From assembly GCA_963816145.1 (NCBI GenBank), contig CAWFJP010000003.1, forward strand, positions 192,001 through 256,000: DNA of 64,000 nt, given 5' to 3'. A model generated the notes under the pieces. It worked only from the letters and a program-made list of their open reading frames with translations, made no database searches and was not told the DNA's origin. The position numbers and the translations under genes are program-made. Shown here piece after piece: positions 46,564 through 56,371 of the stretch. Within the stretch, counting starts at the first letter, position 1. Each line of letters opens with the position of its first letter. This DNA comes from an uncultured delta proteobacterium. Its GTDB lineage: Bacteria > Desulfobacterota > Binatia > UBA9968.

Positions 46564-47727
46564 TCACGGCACAGACACCGGCGTTTGTGCTGCTTGCCGC
46601 GCGACCGGCGGCGCACCAGCCTGCGCTTCGCGCCAGTCTTGGTAATCGCGCAAACATTGGATAACATCGCCGGTGCCATTGACGCGCACCATTTTTGTGC
46701 GCAACTCCGCGGCGCCGCGAAAATCCCGGCAGTACCAGATCAAGTGTTTGCGCATGCCGACAAAGTTGCGCTCCTGCACGTAGGTTTCAAAATGATGCGA
46801 GTGCTCGACGATGACGCGAAACCGCTCGGCTAAACTGATCGGTTCGGCGGCCACCGGCGGCACGGAATCGCGCAACGCCTGTTTCAGCTGCTCCTTGGCC
46901 TTGAAGATCCACGGATTTCCCTCGGCAGCACGGCCGAGCAAAACACCGTCAACACCGAATTGGCGGACGCGCCGGTAAACATCGGCCATGTGGCGCAGGT
47001 CGCCATTGCCAAGAATCAACGTTGGCGTCGCCTTGGCGGTCTCGACCGCGCGCGCGATCGCATCCCAATCGGCGTCGCCCTTGTAGCCCTGCTTGAGAGT
47101 TCGGCCATGGACGGAAATCGCCACCGGCTTTGCTTCGAGCAAGTTGGCGATCCAGTCGTCAATGACGACCTGGTCATAGCCGATACGGGTTTTCACCGAC
47201 AATGGTATCGGCCGGCGCACCGGCGGCGTCTCCCAACCGCTGCGCAGTTGGTTCGAGCTTTTGACCGTCTCGCGAAGTTTCTGGCGCAAGCCCAGATTAT
47301 CCAGGGTCTGGCCGGCCACCCAATCGTCAATGCCTTGTCTCGTCTGTTGGATAATCTCCCGGGCCAGTTCCGGCGTGCGAATCAGCGCCGCGCCGCTGCC
47401 CGAGGCGGCGACATTTTTCGCCGGACAGCCCATATTGATATCCAGCCCGTCGAACCCCAGCTCGCAGACCACATGGGCTGCTTGGTAGAAGAGTTCCGGC
47501 TTGTTGCCATAGATCTGCGCGATGATCGGCCGTTCGATCTCGGAGTAGGTAAAGTCACGGATCAACGTGTGCGGCGCATGAATCGCTGCATCGACATTGG
47601 TAAACTCGGTGAGCGTAATATCCGGCCCGCCATGCCGGGCGACGATCCAGCGAAACGAAGCATCGGTGACGCCATCCATCGGCGCCAAGCCAATGATCGG
47701 CTTGGGTATGTCATGCCAAAAACTCAT
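46564..47727 (-). CDS. dus: tRNA-dihydrouridine synthase
   Basis: LAPMDGVTD, DINMGCP, SVKTRIG, VHGRT, GNGD, GNPWIF, MRKH. Confidence 0.93.
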   Translation of the reverse strand: MSFWHDIPKPIIGLAPMDGVTDASFRWIVARHGGPDITLTEFTNVDAAIHAPHTLIRDFTYSEIERPIIAQIYGNKPELFYQAAHVVCELGFDGLDINMGCPAKNVAASGSGAALIRTPELAREIIQQTRQGIDDWVAGQTLDNLGLRQKLRETVKSSNQLRSGWETPPVRRPIPLSVKTRIGYDQVVIDDWIANLLEAKPVAISVHGRTLKQGYKGDADWDAIARAVETAKATPTLILGNGDLRHMADVYRRVRQFGVDGVLLGRAAEGNPWIFKAKEQLKQALRDSVPPVAAEPISLAERFRVIVEHSHHFETYVQERNFVGMRKHLIWYCRDFRGAAELRTKMVRVNGTGDVIQCLRDYQDWREAQAGAPPVARQAAQTPVSVP

Positions 47728-47810
47728 GATCGTAAGATCAGCTAGTTTGACATCGGCGCAACGCAAAATCTACTGATGTGGCGGAGCGTCTTAAGATCGG
47801 AACGACGCTG

Positions 47811-48107
47811 CACCACAGAGGGCACAGAGCACACAGAGAATATAGTTTGTTCAAACCCTCTGTGAACTCTGTGTGCTCCTTTCAAAATACCTGTGCAGGT
47901 ATGATCTGGGCGACCACATGGCGCGAAGGTTCCGTCATACCGGCGAAAGCCGGTATTCCATCCCCCTCCCTCCCTTGGATGCCCGCCCCGGATCGAGTCC
48001 GGGGCAGGCTCTGCGCCGGAATGACGGATCAATGAACGAACCGGTGGGGGGGGCTGGGCAATTTCATACTCTGTAGACGAGCGTAAGCTCACGAACACTC
48101 TGTGGTG
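47811..48107. repeat. 9-bp-periodic palindrome (CACAGAG type) interrupted by element copy D
   Basis: CACCACAGAG GGCACAGAG CACACAGAG ... CTCTGTGAA CTCTGTGTG|insert|CTCTGTGGTG. Confidence 0.85.
47876..48097 (-). mobile_element. Site-specific element, copy D (222 bp; REP carries 24-bp insert at 47987-48010)
   Basis: Reverse complement: CACCACAGAG|TGTTCGTGAGCTTACGCTC...GTATTTTGAAAGGAG|CACACAGAG. Confidence 0.82.
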
Positions 48108-48128
48108 AAAATCCGATCTTAATCGACG

Positions 48129-48410
48129 TTACTGGCGCTGCTTCAAAACATCCTCGAGCTTCTTACGGTCGTCGTCGAGGATTTTTTCCTGCGATCGTTT
48201 GGTTGGCTCTGTGTTTTTACCGGCTTTCTCCAGCTTGCGAGTGGCGCCCGGCACCTTGTGCTCCTTGTCCGAGTCTTTGGAAAACATCCTGGTGATGTCG
48301 TCCCAATACAGCCAGGTGACGAATGCGAGAAACCAGACAATCAGCGGAACGAAAATATAAATGAGCAGGGTTTTGAGCCAACTGCGTTTGGGTGGTTTTT
48401 TTCGCGCCAT
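48129..48410 (-). CDS. Small single-pass membrane protein
   Basis: Basic N-terminus, one TM, C-terminal EKILDDDRKKLEDVLK. Confidence 0.7.
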   Translation of the reverse strand: MARKKPPKRSWLKTLLIYIFVPLIVWFLAFVTWLYWDDITRMFSKDSDKEHKVPGATRKLEKAGKNTEPTKRSQEKILDDDRKKLEDVLKQRQ

Positions 48411-48521
48411 GTTGAACGTGCCGACGCCGGCCCACACCGTCCGGTGCTGAAAAGCGAGCGGACCTAAGCGCCGCTCGGGTGGAGCACTGACGGTATGAAA
48501 AGGGTGTCCGCGATAACTCGA

Positions 48522-49472
48522 TCAGTACATCGGTTTGTGATCGAAATAGTGCGTTGCATCGATCACCCGAATGGTTTTGGTCTTGGAGCGCATGACCACG
48601 GATTGGGTGGTCGCGCCGCCGGCGAAGAAATGGACGCCGCGCAAATAATCGCCGTCAGTAACGCCGGTGGCGGAGAACATAACATCGCCGGCGGCCAACT
48701 CGTCGATATTGAATTTCTTCTTGATGTCGGTAACCCCCATTTTTTTCGCGCGTTCGATCTCTTCATTGTTGCGCGGCGCCAAGCGCCCCTGGAACTCGCC
48801 GCCGACACAACGCAGCGCCGCCGCCGCCAAGACCCCTTCGGGCGCGCCGCCGATGCCTATCAATAGATCAATGCCGGTTTCCGCCTTAGTGGTGGCGATG
48901 GCCGCGGCGACATCGCCGTCGCCGATCAAGCGAATTCGCGCGCCGGCTTTGCGCACTTCGGCAATGATCGCGTCGTGGCGCGGGCGGGCCAGGATAATCA
49001 CCATCAGATCGTCGACCTTGCAGCGCTTGGCTTCGGCCAAGGCGCGGAGATTTTCGGTCGGCGATTTGTCTAGATCGATGACCCCTTTGCCCGCCGGGCC
49101 GCAGGCGATCTTCGCCATGTAGGTATCGGGGCAGTGCAGGAGATTGCCGCCGTCGGCCATGGCGAGAACCGCTAGTGCATTGGGGCCGCCGGTGGCGCAG
49201 ATGGTCGTGCCTTCTAGGGGATCCAGTGCGATATCAACCTTGGGGCCGCCGGAGCCGACCTTTTCGCCGATGTAGAGCATGGGCGCTTCGTCGCGTTCGC
49301 CCTCGCCGATCACCACCGTGCCGTCGATGGCGAGCGCGTCGAAGGCTTTGCGCATGGCGTCGACCGCCGCTTGGTCCGCCGCCTTCTCATCACCGCAACC
49401 CGTCAGCCTCGCGCAATTAAGCGCCGCCGCTTCGGTCACACGCACTGCTTCGAGAGCTAAATTTCGGTCCAT
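48522..49472 (-). CDS. glpX: Class II fructose-1,6-bisphosphatase
   Basis: VIGEGERDEAPML, DPLEGT, RPRH, GGAPEGV. Confidence 0.96.
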   Translation of the reverse strand: MDRNLALEAVRVTEAAALNCARLTGCGDEKAADQAAVDAMRKAFDALAIDGTVVIGEGERDEAPMLYIGEKVGSGGPKVDIALDPLEGTTICATGGPNALAVLAMADGGNLLHCPDTYMAKIACGPAGKGVIDLDKSPTENLRALAEAKRCKVDDLMVIILARPRHDAIIAEVRKAGARIRLIGDGDVAAAIATTKAETGIDLLIGIGGAPEGVLAAAALRCVGGEFQGRLAPRNNEEIERAKKMGVTDIKKKFNIDELAAGDVMFSATGVTDGDYLRGVHFFAGGATTQSVVMRSKTKTIRVIDATHYFDHKPMY

Positions 49473-50677
49473 GTCGGTCTCCCTTCGATCAACGATTCCA
49501 TCAGTCGATAAGCCTGTTCCGCAACTACGCCGGTCTTAAGTGCGTCTTTTTCATTGTAACCCAGGGCGCCGTTATCGCGCTCCTCTTGGGGCGAATACAA
49601 CACAAATGGCACCGGTTCGGAAACATGGGTCTTCAGTGCGCAGGCCGTCGGATGGTCGGGCATGAGCAAAATACGATAATCCCGGCGCTGCGCCATACCC
49701 TTCAACACCGTGCCGACAACTTTCTCATCGAAATCTTCCAGCGCCTGGATCTTCGCCTTGACGTCGCCCATGTGGCCGGCCTCGTCGGTAGCCTCGACGT
49801 GGATAAACACCAGATCGTTTTTCTCCAATGAGCGCACGCCGTATTCGCCCTTGCCGATAAAGTTAGTATCGAGAAAGCCGGTGATGCCGGGAACGTCGAT
49901 GCGCTCCAATCCAGCGTAGACACCTAAACCGTGAATGATATCGACGGCCGAAATTACCCCGCCTTTGATGCCGAAGCGCTCGGTCAGCGGTGGCAATTGC
50001 GGCGCCCGCCCCTGGCCCCACAGCCAGATCGTCGTCGCTTGGCGACGTCCTTCGGTTTTGCGCTTTAGGTTTACCGGATGCTGCGCCAGCGCCTTTTGCG
50101 ACGCTGCCATCAATTTGAGCAGGCGGTCTGCGCCCTCACCTTTAGGCATGTAACCGGCGGTCTTTTGATCGGTGATATCATGGGGTGGGGTAGTATCCAT
50201 TTTCTCCAGGCCGTCGCGCCAGACCATCAGGTGGCGGTAACTCACGCCGGGGAAAAATTCGATGCCATCGCCGCCCAGTTCACGGCCCAGGTCACGGATA
50301 ATTTCCGCCGCTTCTTCGGTCGAGATATGGCCGGAAGTAAAATCCTCCATGGTGGCATCCGTGCCGCTGCCGGCGACGGTGACCAGATTACAACGAAAGG
50401 CGATGTCTTTTGGCCCGAGAGCCACGCCCATGCTGGCGGCTTCCAAGGGCGAACGGCCGGTGTGATAGATCGCCGGATCGTAACCCATGATGCTCATGTT
50501 GCCGACATCGCTGCCGGGCGGAAAACCTTTGGGAATGACATGGGCGATGCCGTATACGCCATGTTGCGCCAGCCAGTCCATATTGGGCGTGCGCGCCGCT
50601 TCCAACGGTGTCCGGTTGCCGAGGGACTCGATCGGATAATCGGCCATGCCGTCGCCTTGAAGAATGATATATTTCAT
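49457..50677 (-). CDS. apgM: ApgM-family cofactor-independent phosphoglycerate mutase / proposed alternative homoserine kinase
   Basis: GDGMAD, PGSDV, GRSPLEAA, FRCN, PPHDI, HVEATDEAGH, PDHPT. Confidence 0.9.
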   Translation of the reverse strand: MKYIILQGDGMADYPIESLGNRTPLEAARTPNMDWLAQHGVYGIAHVIPKGFPPGSDVGNMSIMGYDPAIYHTGRSPLEAASMGVALGPKDIAFRCNLVTVAGSGTDATMEDFTSGHISTEEAAEIIRDLGRELGGDGIEFFPGVSYRHLMVWRDGLEKMDTTPPHDITDQKTAGYMPKGEGADRLLKLMAASQKALAQHPVNLKRKTEGRRQATTIWLWGQGRAPQLPPLTERFGIKGGVISAVDIIHGLGVYAGLERIDVPGITGFLDTNFIGKGEYGVRSLEKNDLVFIHVEATDEAGHMGDVKAKIQALEDFDEKVVGTVLKGMAQRRDYRILLMPDHPTACALKTHVSEPVPFVLYSPQEERDNGALGYNEKDALKTGVVAEQAYRLMESLIEGRPTWTEI

Positions 50678-50742
50678 CGATCCAATCCGCCTTGATTTTT
50701 CTGGTACAAATGCTCGTTTCGGTTTTCCCCTGAGGAAGGTTT

Positions 50743-51024
50743 CACCACAGAGTGTTCATGAGCTTACGCTCGTCTACAGAGTATGAAATTGCCCGGCATC
50801 CATCCACAGGTACTTTCATTGATCCGTCATGCCGGCGGAGGCCGGCATCCATGGAAGGGAGGGGATGGATACCGGCTTTCGCCGGTATGACGGAACCTCC
50901 GCGCTGTCGTCTCCCGGTTCATACCTGTACATGTATTTTCGAAGGAGGCACAGAGTTCGCAGAGATCAGAGTAAATATTTTGATTAAACATTCTTTCCTC
51001 TGCGTCCTCAGCGCCTCTGCGGTG
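50743..51024. repeat. 9-bp-periodic palindrome interrupted by element copy E
   Basis: CACCACAGAG|insert|GCACAGAG TTCGCAGAG ... CTCTGCGTC CTCAGCGC CTCTGCGGTG. Confidence 0.8.
50753..50947 (+). mobile_element. Site-specific element, copy E (195 bp), near-identical to copy A
   Basis: Same ends, spacers and REP doublet as 3276-3471 with few substitutions. Confidence 0.82.
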
Positions 51025-51071
51025 CAATCTCCGGATAGCGAATTCACAGTAAAGCCCCAATACCCCGATGC

Positions 51072-52466
51072 CTAGTTGGAACTCCAGATCGGAAACCACA
51101 CCGGCTCAACCAGGATATAGTCACGATTACGGATAGAAGCCAGCGCCCGGCGCATCTGCCGCAGACTCGTGCGCTCAAGCGTCATGACGAAGGGCAAAAT
51201 TTCTCCCTGTTTCTGTTTTAGCCGGTAACTTTGCATCAAACTGTGCAGTTCCTCTTCGACATGGCGCAGTTGCCAAATCTCGGAAATATTCACACCGATC
51301 CGGCCGAAGGTCTTGCCGATATCGCCGACAATACCGGCGCGGTCTTTGACCACGAAGCGCACGTAAAACGGCACATCGATCTCGTCTTCACGTTGCAGCT
51401 TAAGCGTGCCCGGCGCGATCAAACTCGGCGCGCCGCTGAACTTGCGCGCGCCGCGTGCCAGCTCACAAACATCGCCGAGCACAGCCACAGCCGTGGGACC
51501 GCCGCCGGCACCCGGTCCGACCAGAACATAATCGCAATCTCGTCCGCCACGCCCGCCGCCGCTGCTCTTGCCAGCAAAACAAATCGCGTTGGTCGCGCCA
51601 TCGACGCTCGCGAGAAAGTTATCGCCCGAGACCAACGCCGGTGAGACAAAGACTTGCACCGCCGAACCGCGCCGGCGCGCCACCGCCAATTGTTTGATGG
51701 TACTGGCGCCGATGCGTTGGGCATAACGAAAATCGACCGCTTGGATCTCTTCGATGCCCTTGCGCCAAATCTTGCCCGGTTCGATCTGCAAACCGAAGGC
51801 GACCATGCTGAGCAGGAGCAGCTTGGCTTCGGCGTCGCTGCCGTCGACGTCGGAGGCAGGGTTAGTCTCCGCGTAGCCTTTTTGCTGCGCTTCCCGCAGC
51901 GCTTCGGCGTAGGGTTTGCCGCTCTTCTCCATCTGCGACAGGATGTAATTGCAAGTGCCGTTGACGATGCCGAAGATCGCTTCGGGCTGCTCGACGGCGA
52001 AGCTCTCGCTGAGCGAGCGGATCACTGGAATGCCGCCACCGACACAGGCTTCGAAGCGCAATTGTTGGCCGGAACTCTTCACCGCCGCCCAAATCTCCTT
52101 GCCGTAGCGCGCCAACACTGCCTTATCGGAAGTCACCACGGACTTGCCATTGCGCAAAGCGCGCAGTATGTAGTCGCGAAACTGCGGCAAATGGGTCGCC
52201 GATTGAAAGCCCAAGGCTTCAATCACGATGTCGACGCCCGGATGATCGAGTACTTCTTCAGGCCGGTTGGTGAACAGGGCCTCGCGCTGGCCGAACCATT
52301 TTTTGTCTTTGGGATTGCGCGTGTAGATTTTGCGGATCTCAAGCTCAACATCGATTCCGACATATCCCTTGAGATCATGAAACAAAATGTCTTGAATCGC
52401 CTCGCCGACCACTCCTGAGCCGAGCAGTCCGACACCGACTTTGCGCCGCGAGTTAACCGTTGCCAT
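51072..52466 (-). CDS. hom: Homoserine dehydrogenase with ACT domain
   Basis: GLLGSGVVG, FEACVGGGIP, NGTCNYIL, GYAE..P..DVDG.D, GPGAGGGPTA. Confidence 0.95.
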   Translation of the reverse strand: MATVNSRRKVGVGLLGSGVVGEAIQDILFHDLKGYVGIDVELEIRKIYTRNPKDKKWFGQREALFTNRPEEVLDHPGVDIVIEALGFQSATHLPQFRDYILRALRNGKSVVTSDKAVLARYGKEIWAAVKSSGQQLRFEACVGGGIPVIRSLSESFAVEQPEAIFGIVNGTCNYILSQMEKSGKPYAEALREAQQKGYAETNPASDVDGSDAEAKLLLLSMVAFGLQIEPGKIWRKGIEEIQAVDFRYAQRIGASTIKQLAVARRRGSAVQVFVSPALVSGDNFLASVDGATNAICFAGKSSGGGRGGRDCDYVLVGPGAGGGPTAVAVLGDVCELARGARKFSGAPSLIAPGTLKLQREDEIDVPFYVRFVVKDRAGIVGDIGKTFGRIGVNISEIWQLRHVEEELHSLMQSYRLKQKQGEILPFVMTLERTSLRQMRRALASIRNRDYILVEPVWFPIWSSN

Positions 52467-52528
52467 TTTAGTAGATTATGGATTCTTCAGGTTCTAGTGT
52501 AGATGTTCTGTCATATTCAAGGTGCATA

Positions 52529-52610
52529 TTTCACCACGAAGGCACGAAGGACACGAAGGTTTCTGAAAATTTATCTTTTCTAACTTCTCTTCGTGTCCTT
52601 CGTGGTGAAA
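52529..52610. repeat. 9-bp-periodic palindrome (CACGAAG type), empty site
   Basis: TTTCACCACGAAG GCACGAAG GACACGAAG ... CTTCGTGTC CTTCGTGGTGAAA. Confidence 0.82.
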
Positions 52611-52646
52611 GGATCTTGACTTATTATTTAGAAATCACCACCACGC

Positions 52647-53825
52647 TTAGTCGAGCAGTTTGCCGAGTGACTTCTTGATCTTGCGCACGGCCTGCTTGGT
52701 GCGGTGCTCGTTCTCGATCAAGGCGAAACGGACATGGTCATCGCCATACTGGCCAAAGCCGATGCCCGGCGATACCGCGACTTGCGCTTCCTGAAGCAAG
52801 TATTTGCAAAACTCGACCGAGCCCATCTTCTTTGCCGGCTCGGGGATTTCCGCCCAGACGAACATGGTGCCTTTGGGCCGGGGAATATGCCAACCGGCAC
52901 GGTCGAGGCCGTCGAGCAGCGAGTCGCGGCGCTTCTGATACATCGAGCAAATTTCTTCGACGCATTCCTGTGGCCCATCCAGCGCGGCAATCGCGGCGAT
53001 CTGGATCGGTTGAAAGATGCCGTAATCCAAATAGCTCTTGATCCGCGCCAAGGCTTGGACGATCTCCTTATTGCCGACGCAGAAGCCGACGCGCCAACCC
53101 GGCATGTTGTAACTCTTGGATAAGGAAAAAAACTCCACACCGACATCCTTGGCCCCCGCCGCCTGGAGAAAGCTCGGTGCCTGGTAGCCGTCGAAAGTAA
53201 GATCCGCATAGGCGAGATCGTGGACAACGAGGAAGTTATGCTCCTTTGCCGCTTTGACCACTTTCTCGAAAAAATCGAGCTCGACCACCTGCGTGGTCGG
53301 ATTATGCGGAAAGCTGATGATCAGCATTTTGGGTTTGGGCCAAGTTTGGCGGATCGCCTCGTCGAGATTGCCGAAAAATTCCTCACTGGTGGTCAGTGGA
53401 ATGCAGCGCAGATCGCCGCCGGCTAAGACCACTGCATACTGATGAATCGGATAGGTCGGGCTGGGACAGAGCACGACGTCGCCAGGATCGATGGTCGCCC
53501 AGGCCAGGTGCGACAACCCTTCTTTCGCGCCGATGGTGACGATCGCCTCGCTGTCTGGGTCGATGGTCACACCGTAGCGCCGCTGGTACCACTTGGCGAT
53601 GGCGACCCGGAGTTTATAAATACCGCGGGATACCGAATAGCGGTGGTTTGCGGGTTTGGATGCGGCCTCGATCAACTTTGCCACCACATGGGGCGGTGTG
53701 GGCAAATCCGGGTTGCCCATGCCGAAGTCGACGATATCTTCGCCTCGATGCCGCGCCTCCATCTTCATGCCATCGATGATGCTGAAGACATAGGGCGGCA
53801 GCCGCTTAATCCGCTGAAATTCCAC
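52647..53825 (-). CDS. alaC: Class I aminotransferase, AlaC-like
   Basis: [43 protein letters not shown]. Confidence 0.88.
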   Translation of the reverse strand: MEFQRIKRLPPYVFSIIDGMKMEARHRGEDIVDFGMGNPDLPTPPHVVAKLIEAASKPANHRYSVSRGIYKLRVAIAKWYQRRYGVTIDPDSEAIVTIGAKEGLSHLAWATIDPGDVVLCPSPTYPIHQYAVVLAGGDLRCIPLTTSEEFFGNLDEAIRQTWPKPKMLIISFPHNPTTQVVELDFFEKVVKAAKEHNFLVVHDLAYADLTFDGYQAPSFLQAAGAKDVGVEFFSLSKSYNMPGWRVGFCVGNKEIVQALARIKSYLDYGIFQPIQIAAIAALDGPQECVEEICSMYQKRRDSLLDGLDRAGWHIPRPKGTMFVWAEIPEPAKKMGSVEFCKYLLQEAQVAVSPGIGFGQYGDDHVRFALIENEHRTKQAVRKIKKSLGKLLD

Positions 53826-53934
53826 GCGCCGTCACCTCTGCTATATTTAGAAATTCAATGAGTTTTCCTATTTATAAGGCATCGCTGCCACAGGTGCAAA
53901 TCAGGACCCGCCAATGCAAAAGGAATTGCCAACC

Positions 53935-56130
53935 CTACCCCACTGCCCCCAACTGCAAGCGCTTGCCCCAGCGATGTTTGAGGATTTCCCGCATGCCGGC
54001 GGACTCTTTACTTTTCAGCTGCGGGTCTTTTTCCAGCCAGGCCAAGGCTTCTTGACGCGCGGCGATGAGCAATTGCGTATCGCGGGTTAGGCTGGCCAAA
54101 CGGAAATCAGCCAAACCCGACTGCCGGGTGCCGAGAAGCTCACCGGGACCGCGCAGTTTGAGATCGGCTTCAGCGATCCTGAAACCGTCGTGCTCTTTGG
54201 CCATGACGCGCAACCGTTCGGCTGCGACGGTACTGGCGGTGCCGCGATTGACCAGTAAACAGTAGCCAAGCGCTTGGCCGCGGCCGACCCGGCCACGCAG
54301 TTGATGCAGCTGCGACAAGCCGAAACGCTCGGCGTGCTCGATGACCATGACGGTGGCGTTGGGGATGTCGATACCGACCTCGATGACCGTGGTGGCGACG
54401 AGAATGCCTAAATTGCCGTCGCGAAACTCCCGCATGGTTCGATCGCGCTCGTCGCCTTTCATTCGACCATGAACTAGACCGACACCGAAATCTTTAAATA
54501 ATGTCTGGCGCATTTTGTCGGCCATCTGGGTGGCGTCTTTCACCTGCTGCAGTTGCTCGGAGGGTTCGACCAAAGGCAGGACGACAAAGGCTTGATGGCC
54601 TTTTTTTAACTCGTTGAGAACGACCGTGTAGACCTGTTTGCGCTCGCGTTCATTGAAGACTCTGGTGTGCACCGGCTTGCGGCCCGGCGGCATTTCGTCT
54701 ACGAAGGAAACTTCCATATCGCCATAGAGCACCATCGCCAGGCTGCGCGGGATCGGCGTGGCGCTCAGCAACAGCATATGCGGCTCCTGATTCGTTGACG
54801 ACAGCGATTCTTTGCCGGCAACTAACTGGCGCAACGACAAGCGCTGGGCGACGCCGAATCGATGCTGTTCGTCGATGACGCCCAGCCCCATGCGCGGCGC
54901 ATGGATGTCCTCTTGAATCACCGCGTGTGTACCGACGACGAATTGGACCTCGCCGCTCTCTATGCGCGGCAGCAACTCCTTGCGTTGTTTTGCGGACGTG
55001 TGGGCGGTCACCAGCGCAGCGCTCACTCCTAATGCTTCGGCGTAACCCGACAGGCCGCGAAAATGCTGCTCGGCGAGGATTTCCGTGGGCGCCATCCACA
55101 GCGCCTGATAGCCTTGTTCGATGGTTCGCAGCGACGCCAACCAGGCCACCATGGTTTTGCCCGAGCCGACATCTCCTTGAACCAGGCGCTGCATCGGCTG
55201 CGCCCCAGCCATATCCGTTACGATTTCGTTAAAAACTCGTTGCTGCGCGCCAGTGAGCTTGAACGGCAGTAGTTCGCGCATCCGTTTAACCAGCGCACCA
55301 TCGGTTACAGCAACCGGTTGCGCCCGGCTCTGTGTGCGCGAATATTTGCGCAGTCCCAATCCCAACTGCATGTAAAACAATTCTTCGAAGATCACACTGC
55401 GGTGTGCCGGCGAACTGGCGTCGTTCAACGCGGCCACGCTGCCATCGAGGGACGGCAGGTGCAATTGGCGCAGCGCCTCTGGGATCGACGCCAACTGCAA
55501 TCGGTTTGCGATGCTACCGGGCAATCCCGACGGCAGATAGTGCTGGTATTGATCGAGCGCTTGCGCCGCCAGTTTGCGCATGAACGACATCGGCATACCG
55601 CCGGGCCGTAGATACACCGGCAAAATACGCGCATGATCGCTTTCCTCGCCGGGCTCTAAAACTTCGAAGTCCGGATGAACGATGCGCAGCCGCCCCTGCG
55701 CCCCCTGCTCGACCTTGCCGTGGACTAAAAGGTTCTGCCCTTGCGCCAGGCCGTTGGCCAAATAGCTTGGCGCCCGATACCACAGGAGATCAATCATGCC
55801 GCTCTCGTCGCGCAGCACGGCGGTCAGCATCTGACTGCGCCGGCGCGGATTGAAGCGGTTTTGCAGCAGCACCAGCTGGCCGGAAAAGCTTTCTTCTTGT
55901 CCGAGCACGGCCTGGCTTATTTTCTTTAATTGACGCCGGTCTTCGTAGCGAAACGGCAAGTGATAAAGAACATCTTCGACGGTGGCCAAACCGGCGGCTT
56001 CGAGCTGCGCCGCGCGCTTGGGGCCGACGCCTTTGAGAAATTGCACCGATGTAGAAAGCGCCCGCAAGCAGTCACGCGCACTGGGCTGAGAGTCGGAAGT
56101 CCCCGATACGGAATGGGAAATATTTGCCAC
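53935..56130 (-). CDS. recG: ATP-dependent DNA helicase RecG
   Basis: LKGVGP, P.RYEDR, QGDVGSGKT, DEQHRFG, SATPIPR, QLHQLRGRVGRG, DGF.IAE.DL. Confidence 0.97.
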   Translation of the reverse strand: MANISHSVSGTSDSQPSARDCLRALSTSVQFLKGVGPKRAAQLEAAGLATVEDVLYHLPFRYEDRRQLKKISQAVLGQEESFSGQLVLLQNRFNPRRRSQMLTAVLRDESGMIDLLWYRAPSYLANGLAQGQNLLVHGKVEQGAQGRLRIVHPDFEVLEPGEESDHARILPVYLRPGGMPMSFMRKLAAQALDQYQHYLPSGLPGSIANRLQLASIPEALRQLHLPSLDGSVAALNDASSPAHRSVIFEELFYMQLGLGLRKYSRTQSRAQPVAVTDGALVKRMRELLPFKLTGAQQRVFNEIVTDMAGAQPMQRLVQGDVGSGKTMVAWLASLRTIEQGYQALWMAPTEILAEQHFRGLSGYAEALGVSAALVTAHTSAKQRKELLPRIESGEVQFVVGTHAVIQEDIHAPRMGLGVIDEQHRFGVAQRLSLRQLVAGKESLSSTNQEPHMLLLSATPIPRSLAMVLYGDMEVSFVDEMPPGRKPVHTRVFNERERKQVYTVVLNELKKGHQAFVVLPLVEPSEQLQQVKDATQMADKMRQTLFKDFGVGLVHGRMKGDERDRTMREFRDGNLGILVATTVIEVGIDIPNATVMVIEHAERFGLSQLHQLRGRVGRGQALGYCLLVNRGTASTVAAERLRVMAKEHDGFRIAEADLKLRGPGELLGTRQSGLADFRLASLTRDTQLLIAARQEALAWLEKDPQLKSKESAGMREILKHRWGKRLQLGAVG

Positions 56131-56168
56131 GTATCAAACCAGACGGATTGTCTTCATTTCTCATAAAC

Positions 56169-56265
56169 CCCGCCTCTTGAGGCGGGCACAACTAACTGGA
56201 GTTTCCAAAGGGGGCGAGCATCCCCTTTGCACTATTGAAATTGGCGGCGGGGTTAAATCCCCGCC
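56169..56265. other. Cluster of three GC-rich hairpins between carB and recG
   Basis: CCCGCCTCTTGAGGCGGG; CAAAGGGGGCGAGCATCCCCTTTG; GGCGGGGTTAAATCCCCGCC. Confidence 0.5.
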
Positions 56266-56371
56266 CGCGAAGTGGTTTCGTTTAATGACGGCGGTCTCGA
56301 CGTGCAAAGAATCCCGGATGATCCAAATGCACGGCTATTTTCCAGATCACTCGCTAAGCACCGAATGACCG

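Noticed and set aside
50752-51075. Recurring short ORFs containing MSLRSSTEYEIA / WIPAFAGMT (also 3158, 3306, 5054, 5154, 21456, 47742)
   Set aside because: These are translations of the repeated element. Frames and lengths differ between copies, so they are not conserved coding sequences.
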